A stretch of 64,000 nucleotides of DNA from Armatimonadota bacterium. GTDB lineage: Bacteria; Armatimonadota; Fimbriimonadia; Fimbriimonadales; Fimbriimonadaceae. The position numbers and the translations under genes were made by a program. The notes below the pieces were generated by a model. It saw only the letters and a list, made by a program, of their open reading frames with translations, was not told the DNA's origin and did no database searches. Below are positions 27,371 through 37,179 of this stretch, one piece after another. How positions within the stretch are numbered: position 1 is the stretch's first letter; each line of letters starts with the position of its first letter. Location of the stretch: the NCBI GenBank assembly GCA_031386985.1, contig JANNCV010000005.1, positions 2,049-66,048 on the forward strand, in the 5' to 3' direction.

Positions 27371-27865
27371 TTAGTTTCCGGCGCGGCGCTTAAGGGCTAC
27401 CGCAATCATTTCTGCTACCGATGGCGGCACCATCGGCGCATAGTCGCCTCCCAGTTGAGCGACCTCACGAACGATGCTTGAACTCAAGTAGCTGTGTTCC
27501 CAACTTGTCATTAGGAACACGGTTTCGACATCTCCAGCTAAACGACGGTTCACCATGGCCATTTGGAACTCATATTCGAAATCAGCCGTTGCGCGGAGGC
27601 CGCGAACAATTGATTTTGCCCCTTTTTCGTGAGCATAGTTCACCAAGAGGCCCCCGAAACTCTCCACTTTGACCCGCTTCAGCGGGGCGACGCAGCGGTT
27701 CAAAGCCTCGACCCTTTCTTCAGTTGTAAAAAGCGGCTTTTTCGAGGAGTTCACCCCAACGGCAATTATGAGCTCATCAAACAGGCGGGTAGCGCGCTCA
27801 ATAACATCTAGATGTCCAAGCGTGGGGGGATCAAAAGAGCCAGGGTAAATGGCAAGTGTTCTCAT
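27371..27865 (-). CDS. coaD: pantetheine-phosphate adenylyltransferase
   Basis: 'LAIYPGSFDPPTLGHLDVIERA' is the T/HxGH nucleotidyltransferase motif. 'SIVRGLRATADFEYEFQMAMVNRRL' and the 164-aa length also fit. Confidence 0.92.
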   Translation of the reverse strand: MRTLAIYPGSFDPPTLGHLDVIERATRLFDELIIAVGVNSSKKPLFTTEERVEALNRCVAPLKRVKVESFGGLLVNYAHEKGAKSIVRGLRATADFEYEFQMAMVNRRLAGDVETVFLMTSWEHSYLSSSIVREVAQLGGDYAPMVPPSVAEMIAVALKRRAGN

Positions 27866-28335
27866 TTTTGGGGTTCCGAGGTGATTTGCATTCGCGCTAT
27901 CTGAAAAGCTTCGCCGAGCATGACCAATTCGACGCGAATCTGAGCGTCATCCCTTTCGAACTTACCTCGCAATCCCAATGCAAGGATTCTCCGCCCATTC
28001 ACTTCTCCTGGCTTCATTTCAAAGGTGCTTCCAAGTTGAACGAATTTCCCGTATCTAGACCGATATTCGCTGAGAGTTTGAGCTCCGCCGGAAACCGCCA
28101 GACCACCCATTTCAAAATATTTTGCTGCCCGCGGTTCGCTCCAATCTTGAGACATGTCTGTTAGCGCGTTGTTCATCCAGATTCGGGCTCCGACGATTCT
28201 ACCGCTGGCGTCGCGGAACGACGTGAAAGCAAAGAAACCGCCACCGCCGCAGCATAAGATGAGAACGCCGAGCGCAATCCAAACCCCAACCTTTGCGTTC
28301 CCCTTCATCATCCAAGACTCTACCCGCGCGACCAT
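27862..28335 (-). CDS. membrane-anchored hypothetical protein
   Basis: It has a TM 'VGVWIALGVLILCCGGGGFFAF' and overlaps both neighbours, which suggests an operon. Confidence 0.55.
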   Translation of the reverse strand: MVARVESWMMKGNAKVGVWIALGVLILCCGGGGFFAFTSFRDASGRIVGARIWMNNALTDMSQDWSEPRAAKYFEMGGLAVSGGAQTLSEYRSRYGKFVQLGSTFEMKPGEVNGRRILALGLRGKFERDDAQIRVELVMLGEAFQIARMQITSEPQK

Positions 28336-29015
28336 TCAGTTGTCATGCCAACGGCGACTTCGAGTCTCTGTAAATACTCTGCCAGCGTGATTTCTCTTGC
28401 TCCAAGCGAACTCAAATGAGGGTTCATCACCTGAGCGTCAAAAAGAGTGAACCCCATCTCGATGCATCGTTGAATGAGCGCCCAAAGGGCAACCTTAGAG
28501 GCATCGGTTCGGCGATGGAACATGGATTCCGCGCAAAAGCACCCCCCAACCGCCAATCCGTAAACTCCACCTATCAAATCGTGATCATCCCAAACTTCGC
28601 ACGAGTGTGCCCAACCCTCGGCATGGGCCTGGCAATAGATTTGGATGAGTTCCGGCGTGATCCAGTTGTCTCCCGGCCTTAAGCAGCTTTGCATCACCTC
28701 TTCGAACGATTCATCAAACGAGATTCGCCATCCGCAGTTTGCAATTCGCTTTCTTAACGAGCGCGAAACATGAAAGCCAGTACGGAGCGGTTCGGAACGG
28801 TTCGTGGCGATCTCGAAAATTGCCCGCGGATCGGAGCGGAACCAACCAATTTCGCCGTCATCTAAACCCATCGGGAAGATGCCCTGAAGGTAGGCTGTTC
28901 TGAGGAGGTCGGTAGTTAAGGGCTCGACCACGTTTTCAGTGTATCTTGGTTTTGGCGGGAGTCTCCAACATGTGCTGCTAGCCCGACCTATCCAACTTCT
29001 CAAAGTCCCTACCAT
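28320..29015 (-). CDS. aat: leucyl/phenylalanyl-tRNA--protein transferase
   Basis: 'LLRTAYLQGIFPM', 'WFRSDPRAIF', 'WITPELIQIYCQAHAEGWAHSCEVW', 'GGVYGLAVGGCFCAESMFH' and 'DAQVMNPHLSSLGAREI' are seen. The start is set at Met-44 of the ORF track, because the full ORF would leave only 7 nt to the divergent hppA. Confidence 0.8.
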   Translation of the reverse strand: MVGTLRSWIGRASSTCWRLPPKPRYTENVVEPLTTDLLRTAYLQGIFPMGLDDGEIGWFRSDPRAIFEIATNRSEPLRTGFHVSRSLRKRIANCGWRISFDESFEEVMQSCLRPGDNWITPELIQIYCQAHAEGWAHSCEVWDDHDLIGGVYGLAVGGCFCAESMFHRRTDASKVALWALIQRCIEMGFTLFDAQVMNPHLSSLGAREITLAEYLQRLEVAVGMTTEWSRG

Positions 29016-29151
29016 TTCCGTCCAATTTCTTTCCCTCAATCGAACCGGCGAATCGGGTAAACTGCGCGACTGAAATCTATATATGGTCACGGCCAAATGT
29101 TCTACGAGCATTGAAGCGTGAGATTCCTTCGGGGGAACCAACACTCACATC

Positions 29152-32100
29152 ATGAAGATATTCCAGCACATGCGTCGCGCGGTATTGCCCGCCTTATTCA
29201 CTTTTATGCTTATGCTTGTTCCAAGCTGGGCCATGGCCGCTGGCTCTGAAGCCAACGTCACGCTTAACTTTTCGGATAGCGACAAGATTTACTTGTGGAT
29301 ATCATTCGGGCTCGGCTTTATCGCCCTGATTACCGGATGGTGGTTCCGTTCGAAGGTGACAAAAGAGTCGCCCGGTAACGAGAAAATGCAAGAAGTGGGC
29401 CTCGCCATTTACGAAGGGGCGATGGCTTACCTGAAGCAGCAGATCAGCACAATGATCTGGTTTGTTTTGGCAATCGCTGGGTTGCTTACATTTATTTACG
29501 GCAGGCAATACGATAGTTGGGCGCTTGGTGGTCTCACGGCCGCTAGCTTTATGCTCGGTGTAGCCGCATCATATATCGCGGGTTATGTTGGAATGGACAT
29601 GGCGGTCAAAGCAAATATGCGTACCGCGCATGCCGCTCTGACAAGCTACGCAAAAGCACTAGAGGTTTCATTCCAAGCAGGAGCGGTTGCTGGCCTTATA
29701 ACCGTTGGTATGGGCCTAGTAGGCGCGACGGCCATTCTCGCTTTCTTCTCGGCTGACGCCATGAAGCTGCTGATTGGCTTTGGTTTTGGCGGATCGCTAG
29801 CTGCGCTCTTTATGCGTGTTGGCGGTGGCATTTTTACGAAGGCCGCCGATGTTGGAGCTGATCTCGTTGGAAAGGTTGAAGCCGGAATCCCCGAGGATGA
29901 CGCCCGAAACCCCGCCACAATCGCGGATAACGTTGGCGACAACGTTGGCGATTGCGCCGGCATGGCGGCGGACGTTTTCGAATCCTATGAAGTGACCCTG
30001 GTTGCAGCTATCGTTCTTGGCGCGGCAACCGCCCAAATTTTTGACCAAACGACCTGGATGAAACTCATTCTGTTCGCACTGATGGCCCGTGGAGTCGGTA
30101 TTATTGCCTCCATCGCTGGCATCATGATGGTGAAGGGAAGTGACGATATTGACTCCGATCCGCTTAAGCCTATTAGTGGTGGATTCAAGAAATCAGCACT
30201 CATTGCCGCTGTCGGAACTTTGATTCTCGCCTACTTCATGATGGGCGGAAAAGAGGGTAGCAAGATCAACTCGTCGCGCTTGGTTTCAGGCAACGAAGTT
30301 GCGGTGAAACTAACAGACCTGGTTCATGAAGTTCGCGACGAGTTCGCGAAATCTAAGGGTATCAAGCCCGAGGCCGTCATGGCCGAGGATATTTCTGCGG
30401 ACAAGCGAATTGCTGATCTGGAGCTGCCTAAGCAGGCCGATCAAGCTGATCCGATGGCTCCGCACACCAGTAACCCGCTTATCCAGAACCTCATCAACAT
30501 TGAGCCCGAAGAACTCGTTGATTCTCCTCAACTTCCAAAACTGGAAGGATACAAGCCCGTTTCTTTGGACTCCAAAGAGCTCGAGCGATTTACCGCTATG
30601 AAGCAGACTCAGGCGGCGACAGGAGCTACCAACGAGTACAAATCTGTGAAAGACGTGCTGAAGGACTACCGGGTCTATCAAGCTGAGGTTATGCCTCCAG
30701 CTCAGCCTGGAAGCGCCGCCTCACCGATGCAGAAAATTTGGTTCCTCTCTTCGGACCTCCCCGCTTTGAAGGCTCAAATCACACCGATGGGCGGAAAAAT
30801 CAGTGACGAAAAGGGAGTTGGAGTTGTTGTTTATCTGAAAGATAAGCAGATTGCGCTTGGAATGGAAGTTCCGTCGGTAGACTCGTTGGTCAAGTTCCAA
30901 CCGGCCCAAGGGGCCATTACGGGCCAGCAAGCTCCTGATCAGATTTTCGCCATGTCGAAGGCGGAACTAGAAGAAAAGCAGAACTTGATCAAGGCCAAAA
31001 CGGACGAAGTCACTAAACTTTACGGCGAAGCTGATAAGCTAAAAGGCCCGGCTCAGGAGGCAAAGCGAAAGGAAGCGGCGAAGGTCAACAAGGCGTTGAG
31101 CGCAATGAAGCGACCAACTCCGGTCAAGATTAATCAAGGCGCCATCGAGCATATGCACGTTGAATGGTGGAGATTCGCGTTCTGCATCATCTTCGGCATT
31201 TTGATGGCATTCATCATCGAAAGGCTCACTGACTATTACGTCTCGCTAAACGGCAAGCCCGTTCGCGAAGTTGCTGGTGTTTCAAGTGCCGGCCCAGCTC
31301 CGATGATCATCAGCGGATTCGCCTTAGCCTGCGAATCAAGCGTGTTCTCAGTGCTCGCCATTGTTGCATCGCTGATTATGCCGCTTGTGCTATTCCCAGC
31401 CGCCGCTTATGGTGGCTACATCCTTAGCTTCTACGGAATCGCTTTGGTTGGACTGGGACTTCTAACAACCACGGGCTACATCCTCGCGATGGACACCTTT
31501 GGTCCGATTTCCGATAACGCCCAAGGCGTTTTTGAGATGTCGGGCGCGGGTCACGATAATCCTAAGGCGTCCAAAGCTGTTCAACGGCTTGATGCCGCGG
31601 GTAACACCACAAAAGCGCTTACTAAGGGCTTTGCGATTGCAACAGCGGTAGTTGCGGCGGTCGCGCTGTTCCACTCATTTGTCGAGGACGCTCACCTAAA
31701 CACCGTGGGAATGGGACTGCAAGTTCCCGAAATCTTCCTCGGCCTGTTGATCGGTGGCGCGGCTCCTTTCCTCTTCTCTGCCTTCTCAATCAACGCAGTT
31801 GGTCGAGCGGCATTTGAGTTGATCAACGAAGTTCGTCGCCAGTTCAAATCTGATCCCGGCATCATGGCGGGTACGAGCAAGCCGGACTATGGCATTTGCG
31901 TTAGCATCGTTACCGCGGCGGCTCAGAAAGAGCTACTGGGCCCAGGCATCCTCGCGATTGCCCTCCCCGTTGCGGTTGGCTTTGGTTTCAGCATCGGTCA
32001 ACCGCTGGTTAATATCGGTGGAAACGACTACAACCTTGTTGGCGCGCAAGCCCTTGGCGGCTTCCTCGCCGGCGCGATTCTATCTGGACAACTTCTCGCC

Positions 32101-32511
32101 GTTCTGCTCGCCAACTCTGGCGGTATGTGGGATAACGCGAAGAAGCTGGTTGAGGATGGTTTGTATGGCGGTAAGGGAAGCGATGCCCACAAAGCAGCTA
32201 TCGTTTGCGACACCGTTGGCGATCCGTTTAAGGATACGGCCGGCCCCGCAATGAATCCGCTAATCAAGGTTATGAACTTGGTTGCGCTCTTGCTTGCGCC
32301 GATCATCATCGTTCCTCACTCCTTGGCGGTTCAAGTCGGCGTAACGGTCGTCTGTGTCTCCGCTCTCACCTTCTCGATCTGGTGGTCGAAGCGCGGTTCG
32401 ATGGCTTCGGGCCTTTCGGAAGCCGGTACCCTTCCCGAGCCCCCGGTTACACCCGTGAAGAAATCCGATTCCGGCAAGAGAATCACGGTTGAGGACAACG
32501 ACGAAGCTTAA
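29152..32511 (+). CDS. hppA: membrane-bound (H+/Na+)-translocating pyrophosphatase with an insertion of about 300 aa
   Basis: mPPase blocks seen are '[32 protein letters not shown](T)[23 protein letters not shown]', 'DNAQGVFEM', 'DAAGNTTKA', 'GGMWDNAKK' and '[14 protein letters not shown]'. It is 1119 aa, versus roughly 650-800 aa for the enzymes I know. Confidence 0.9.
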   Translation: [1119 protein letters not shown]

Positions 32512-32524
32512 GGCTTCCTCAGAT

Positions 32525-32556
32525 AAGCCCCTTCTTTGTCAGAAGGGGCTTTTTTT
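32525..32556 (+). terminator. rho-independent terminator of hppA
   Basis: The hairpin is AAGCCCCTTCT-TTGTC-AGAAGGGGCTT followed by TTTTT. Confidence 0.85.
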
Positions 32557-32713
32557 GTGCCTCGGCTTCGGTCAGGTTTGCCCTCGTCAACTCCGGTTAG
32601 CGAGGTGGACTTCGGATGCGGGGTTCCGAGTTCGTGAGAGCCACTGTTACACCCAGGGAATGCTCGTTGAAACGTGCTTCGAGCAGCTCTCACGCTGCGG
32701 TAACCTGCTCTCC

Positions 32714-34639
32714 CTACCGAGTCAACGTAATCTGATCGGTACGACTCATTCCGGAATAGCTTGCCGTCATGGTTCTCGTTACCGTAGTGCTCACCACGGC
32801 CGTTCCGAAGCTGAAGCTAGCCTGGTTCAATCCGCTCGCCACTGCCACCGAAGATGGGGTCGTGATCAAGCTTGTATTATCGCTTAATGCAACACTTAGC
32901 CCCGCGCTAAGTCCTAGTAATGTCACGGTTCCCGTTCCTTGCTGGCCGCCCTGAATCGGATTCGCCGAGACCGTCAAACTGTTTAGAACCGGAGGCAAAA
33001 CGGCTAGCGCCCTGGTCTTGGTTGATCCGGCCCAGTTTGCCGATAGCACCACCGCCGTTGCCGTGAGAACCGGCAGAGCTTGTAGCTGGAATGTCTTGCT
33101 AGAAGCTTGCGCCGGAACTGCTATGCTCGCAGGCAGAGTTACGACTCCGCTGTTTGCGGTGAGGTTAACTACGGAAGCTTGACTCGCCGGGTTCACAAGT
33201 CCGACCGTAGCATTGAGGGTTAACCCCGAAATCACGGTGGGTGCCGCCACGTAAAGCCCCTTGATCGCGTTTGGCTTGACCTCGAGTTGCCTCGCGAAGG
33301 ATGCGCCTGGAACAGCGGCGGTGATGGTGACATCAGTGGCGACTGAAACCGCCTGTGTGGTTATGCTAAACGCGGCTGTTGTGGACCCGGAAAGCAAAGT
33401 GACGTAAGTGGGAACGACTACAACTGGAGATGAGCTGGATAACAATACACGCTGGCTCGCCACCGGAGCAACGGCATTGAGGGTCAAACTGCCTTCGAAC
33501 TGCGTCCCCCCATCTATCGAACTTGGAATATTGAGGGCGTTGACAGCGGGCTGATAGGTAATGCGCTGAAGGGAGGCCGCTTGCAATGCGACGTAATAGA
33601 GGCTCCCATCTGGTCCCATTGCAAAGTCAACTGGACCAGTAGCGGAGGGGCCAAAGGTGCCTTGCCCGATCATGTCATTGCTTGAGTTGAAATCAACAAA
33701 TTTCAGGAGTTGTTGCTTGTACTCGCCGTAAACATAGCGATTCTGGAATACGGACGGGAATTTGGTGGACTTGGTGAACACCCCGCCGCAAATGCACTTG
33801 CTGATGCCAACGTGATCGTAGCTGAAGGCCGGGCTAACAAGAGCTGGATTTGAACTGGTTCCCTCGGCTAGCGGCCAGCCGTAGTTTGCTCCTCTGGTGA
33901 TGACATTGAGTTCCTCCCAGGTTATCTCGCCAACATCGGCGACAAAGGGAACACTCGTTCCCGGGCGGATTGTAATCCGAAAGGGATTGCGGAATCCGTA
34001 TGCCCAAATCTCTGGTCGCTTCGGGGCTTGGTTGAAAAACGGGTTATCGGCAGGAACTGATCCGTCCGAGTTAATGCGCAGGACTTTGCCGGCAAGATTC
34101 GACAGGTCCTGGGCGATCATGGTGTTAGTGCTACCCTGGCCCGTCGAAATGTACAGCTTGCCATCAGCTCCAAACTTAAGGCCACCGCCGTTGTCGCTTC
34201 CTGAATCAGAGGCGATTCCATCAACCAGAATCTCCTCGCTTCCGGGCAATACCGAATCGCCGTTAACAAGAAATCGCGAAACTCGGTTCTTGGGAGTTGG
34301 GGGTGGATTCACGCTCGCGCTCCCGGCGGTATAGGCTAGGTAGACATAGGGATTGGTAGCAAACTGCGGGTCAAATGCGATTCCAAGCAACCCCCGTCCA
34401 AGGGTCGTTTCACATGAAATGGTTGCAAAAGGATTCGTTTGCAGAACGCCATTCTTCACAAGCTTGATCAGGCCATTCTTCTGGCAAACGAATAAGCGCC
34501 CATCCGGCGTAAATGCCAACGCGGTAGCAAGCGAAAACCCGCTCACGAAGCGAGTATCGGAGAAACCCGGTGGCAACTGAGCGTGGCTGAAGCCGACCGC
34601 CAAACAGACAAACAAACCTGTAACGAACTTGCGCATCAA
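32714..34639 (-). CDS. PQQ-dependent sugar dehydrogenase (sorbosone/soluble glucose dehydrogenase-like beta-propeller) with C-terminal Ig-like repeats
   Basis: It has a signal peptide 'MMRKFVTGLFVCLAVGFSHAQ'. 'LLGIAFDPQF', 'IWAYGFRNPFRI' and 'GANYGWP' are typical of the GSDH family. The C-terminal 250 aa are Thr/Ser/Ala/Val-rich repeats. Confidence 0.75.
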   Translation of the reverse strand: MMRKFVTGLFVCLAVGFSHAQLPPGFSDTRFVSGFSLATALAFTPDGRLFVCQKNGLIKLVKNGVLQTNPFATISCETTLGRGLLGIAFDPQFATNPYVYLAYTAGSASVNPPPTPKNRVSRFLVNGDSVLPGSEEILVDGIASDSGSDNGGGLKFGADGKLYISTGQGSTNTMIAQDLSNLAGKVLRINSDGSVPADNPFFNQAPKRPEIWAYGFRNPFRITIRPGTSVPFVADVGEITWEELNVITRGANYGWPLAEGTSSNPALVSPAFSYDHVGISKCICGGVFTKSTKFPSVFQNRYVYGEYKQQLLKFVDFNSSNDMIGQGTFGPSATGPVDFAMGPDGSLYYVALQAASLQRITYQPAVNALNIPSSIDGGTQFEGSLTLNAVAPVASQRVLLSSSSPVVVVPTYVTLLSGSTTAAFSITTQAVSVATDVTITAAVPGASFARQLEVKPNAIKGLYVAAPTVISGLTLNATVGLVNPASQASVVNLTANSGVVTLPASIAVPAQASSKTFQLQALPVLTATAVVLSANWAGSTKTRALAVLPPVLNSLTVSANPIQGGQQGTGTVTLLGLSAGLSVALSDNTSLITTPSSVAVASGLNQASFSFGTAVVSTTVTRTMTASYSGMSRTDQITLTR

Positions 34640-34687
34640 AAGTAAATTACCCGGTGCGGATGCATTAGGATTCTTGTCAATACTACT

Positions 34688-36109
34688 ATGAAACGCAACT
34701 ATGCCCTGTTTTTGGCGATTTTGATCTTAGCCGGGTGCGGGGGCGAAGCCGGGGTCGCCAGCGCCCCGCCTAGCGAGATTTCGGCGGGCTCCTTTCGAGT
34801 TACTGGTCAGATGAAGGCACCATTAGTCGCAGCGGGTACATCGGCGACGGTTTATGCTCTGAGTGGTGCGATCACGAAGGCGACCATGTCCGATCTCAAC
34901 CCCACGATCGAGGAAACCGAGATAATATTTGGTCGGCTGGGCGCGGGCAGTGTCTATTCGCTCGTTGGTTGCTCGCCCGATGGCTCAAACGTTCGCACTA
35001 TCCACGCCACCACTGGGTTGCCAACTCAGATTTTTGCCACCACCGGTTGGATCTATTTTAGGACTCTGGGCGGAGAGCTAAGGCGGGTTGCCCTCGCCGG
35101 AAGCTCAACGTCAACTCTGCTCAAATCTGGGGTTGGAAGCTTCGCCTTGACTCCAGATGGAACCAAAATCGTGTTCAATCAAGGTTCGGTTTTTAAGTTC
35201 GCAAACGCGGATGGTTCTGCGGAAAACACGATGATAACCGATGCCTCCGGACACGAATTCGTTGGCTGTCCTGACAACGCAAACGCATACACCAGCCACC
35301 CGGGTGGCGTCTATCGCATCGCAATCCAAGCCGCATCCAGCTTCAACTTAACCCGTGTGGTTGCGGGGCGACCCCAAGTTGCGGTTGATAGTTTCAATCG
35401 CAGACTCTACACCCACTACGCAAACTCACTTACGAAATTGGCAATCGGGGCGGACTCGGTTACGTTTACCGAGAGCGCTACCACCACGGGAAACGTGGCC
35501 GGGCTCGCTTGTTCGCCCGATGGCAAGTCTCTAGCTAGTTACTCCCCCAACGCCGTCGCCACCGATAGCATCTTCACTTGTTCATCAAATCCGGCTCAGT
35601 TCAGCCGCAACATGATTGCCCAGGAGTACGCCCTAAGTAATCCGGCTTGGACGCCTTACATCATCTCCCGCCAGTTCGTGCCCGCCAACGTCTACACAAC
35701 CGGAGCGGCGGCGCTGCTCTTCTCAGAGTTTGGCAAACGAATGCCGGCGATTGTCTTGGCTGATTGCACGACAAGAGCGTCCATGGTGGTTACCAAGCCG
35801 GTTTCGGATAACTTATCGAACGTCATTTATCGGCTGGATTGCGATGAGCTGAGCAAATTGCATTACACGAGGGCCAATAGTTATTCGTTCAACTCGATAG
35901 TGACGTCCGCCACGGGTTTGAAGGGTTGCTTTGTCAGTTTCGATGCCGAGAGTGGGGAACTTGCGAGCGTCCTAACCTTCACCAGAGCCCCCGTAACCAG
36001 AGCGACAAAGACCAGTCTCGTGGTTTCGGGAGAGGGATTGGCTTTCTACGAGTTGCGAGGAAAATTCGCGGCTGTGCCAAAAACGGGGAGCGAGTTCAGC
36101 TTAAGGTGA
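34688..36109 (+). CDS. hypothetical lipoprotein (TolB-like beta-propeller suspected)
   Basis: It has a lipobox 'ILAGCGG' and recurring 'SPDG(S/T/K)' blades. There is no further assignment. Confidence 0.6.
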   Translation: MKRNYALFLAILILAGCGGEAGVASAPPSEISAGSFRVTGQMKAPLVAAGTSATVYALSGAITKATMSDLNPTIEETEIIFGRLGAGSVYSLVGCSPDGSNVRTIHATTGLPTQIFATTGWIYFRTLGGELRRVALAGSSTSTLLKSGVGSFALTPDGTKIVFNQGSVFKFANADGSAENTMITDASGHEFVGCPDNANAYTSHPGGVYRIAIQAASSFNLTRVVAGRPQVAVDSFNRRLYTHYANSLTKLAIGADSVTFTESATTTGNVAGLACSPDGKSLASYSPNAVATDSIFTCSSNPAQFSRNMIAQEYALSNPAWTPYIISRQFVPANVYTTGAAALLFSEFGKRMPAIVLADCTTRASMVVTKPVSDNLSNVIYRLDCDELSKLHYTRANSYSFNSIVTSATGLKGCFVSFDAESGELASVLTFTRAPVTRATKTSLVVSGEGLAFYELRGKFAAVPKTGSEFSLR

Positions 36110-37023
36110 GGCAACTTTCCAGAACTGAGATTGAGCCTTATACCGCTCGAATATGGTGCGAGGCCTACCCCGAACAACCTCAGACCGAGGCGGAAATCGC
36201 CGCGTACAACGGCACCATTCTTGCCGGCGCGTATGAGGAGCATTGGCTTTCCGGGAACGAATCATCCGCGATTACGCTGTTTGGCCCGAATGCGAACTTC
36301 CCGCCCGAACGACTCACCGGTAGCTTGTGTGTTTCTCCAGGCGATGAGTTGGGTTCGGACGGGTTGGTTGAGCATTCCGAACGCCGAGCACGAGCACTCG
36401 GATGCCCAGTCTTGAATCTTTGGGTGAGATCAGATAAGGAAGATCAGGTTGCGCGGCTAGAACACCGGGGCTATCGCTGTATTCAAACTGCTCCTACTTC
36501 GTTCCTCGACCTTCAAGCATTCTCAGACGAGCCCTTCCGCCCGCTCGTGGCCAATGCGCCGTATCGAATTGCATCGATTGAAGAACTAGAGAGCGAGGGA
36601 ACCGAGTGGGTGAGGCGACTCTTTACGGCGACTAGCGAAATCTCCCGCGACGTTCCCGATCCTCATGGTTACGAGGAGATGTCGTTTGAACAATACGCCG
36701 AGATGATCAAGAACCCGGTGATCTATGACTACGGCCTCATGTTCGTGGCGATGGATGGCGAAATCATAGTTGGCTACACCCGCGCCTCCCCCACCCAAGG
36801 CGACCCCGGCCGGGTAAACACCGGCCTAAGCGGAACCATCCGCTCCCACCGCCGTCGAGGAGTGGTCACGGCGCTAAAGGTTCGGGCGATTAGTGAATTG
36901 AAGAACAGAGGGTGCCACACGCTCCAGACTGAAAATGACGCCAGCAACCCCATGTACGAACTCAACTTGCGGTTGGGGTTTAAGTGGGCGTTTGATTGGC
37001 GTTTATATGAGCGAGCATTGTAA
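36106..37023 (+). CDS. GNAT family N-acetyltransferase
   Basis: The GTG at 36106 overlaps the upstream TGA (GTGA). 'IVGYTRASP...GTIRSHRRRGVVTALKVRAISELKNRGCHTLQTENDASNPMYELNLRLGFK' is a GNAT core. Confidence 0.7.
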   Translation: MRQLSRTEIEPYTARIWCEAYPEQPQTEAEIAAYNGTILAGAYEEHWLSGNESSAITLFGPNANFPPERLTGSLCVSPGDELGSDGLVEHSERRARALGCPVLNLWVRSDKEDQVARLEHRGYRCIQTAPTSFLDLQAFSDEPFRPLVANAPYRIASIEELESEGTEWVRRLFTATSEISRDVPDPHGYEEMSFEQYAEMIKNPVIYDYGLMFVAMDGEIIVGYTRASPTQGDPGRVNTGLSGTIRSHRRRGVVTALKVRAISELKNRGCHTLQTENDASNPMYELNLRLGFKWAFDWRLYERAL

Positions 37024-37050
37024 AACGGAGAGCCGAGCCGAACAATGCAC

Positions 37051-37140
37051 TGACATAGGACGCTTTGACATAGGACCTATGACGTCGGACGCTCTGACAT
37101 CGGGCACTCTGACGTCGGACGCTCTGACATCGCAAATCGC
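37051..37140 (+). repeat. six tandem repeats of about 15 bp (TGACRTMGGRCNCTY) in an intergenic region
   Basis: The units, read directly, are TGACATAGGACGCTT, TGACATAGGACCTA, TGACGTCGGACGCTC, TGACATCGGGCACTC, TGACGTCGGACGCTC and TGACATCGCAAATCGC. Confidence 0.85.
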
Positions 37141-37179
37141 GACTTGTGATTAGGTAGGAATGAGGGGGACAATCAACCG

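Noticed and set aside
29016-29144. This is the N-terminal 43 codons of the aat ORF.
   Set aside because: It would leave only 7 nt for the promoters of divergent aat and hppA, and Aat homologues are about 200-235 aa. The start was moved to Met-44. This is a judgement call.
36935-37153. This is a 72-aa ORF spanning the 15-bp tandem repeats.
   Set aside because: Its 'TSDALTSGTLTSDALTS' translation is a repeat artefact that overlaps the end of the GNAT gene, and it has no RBS.
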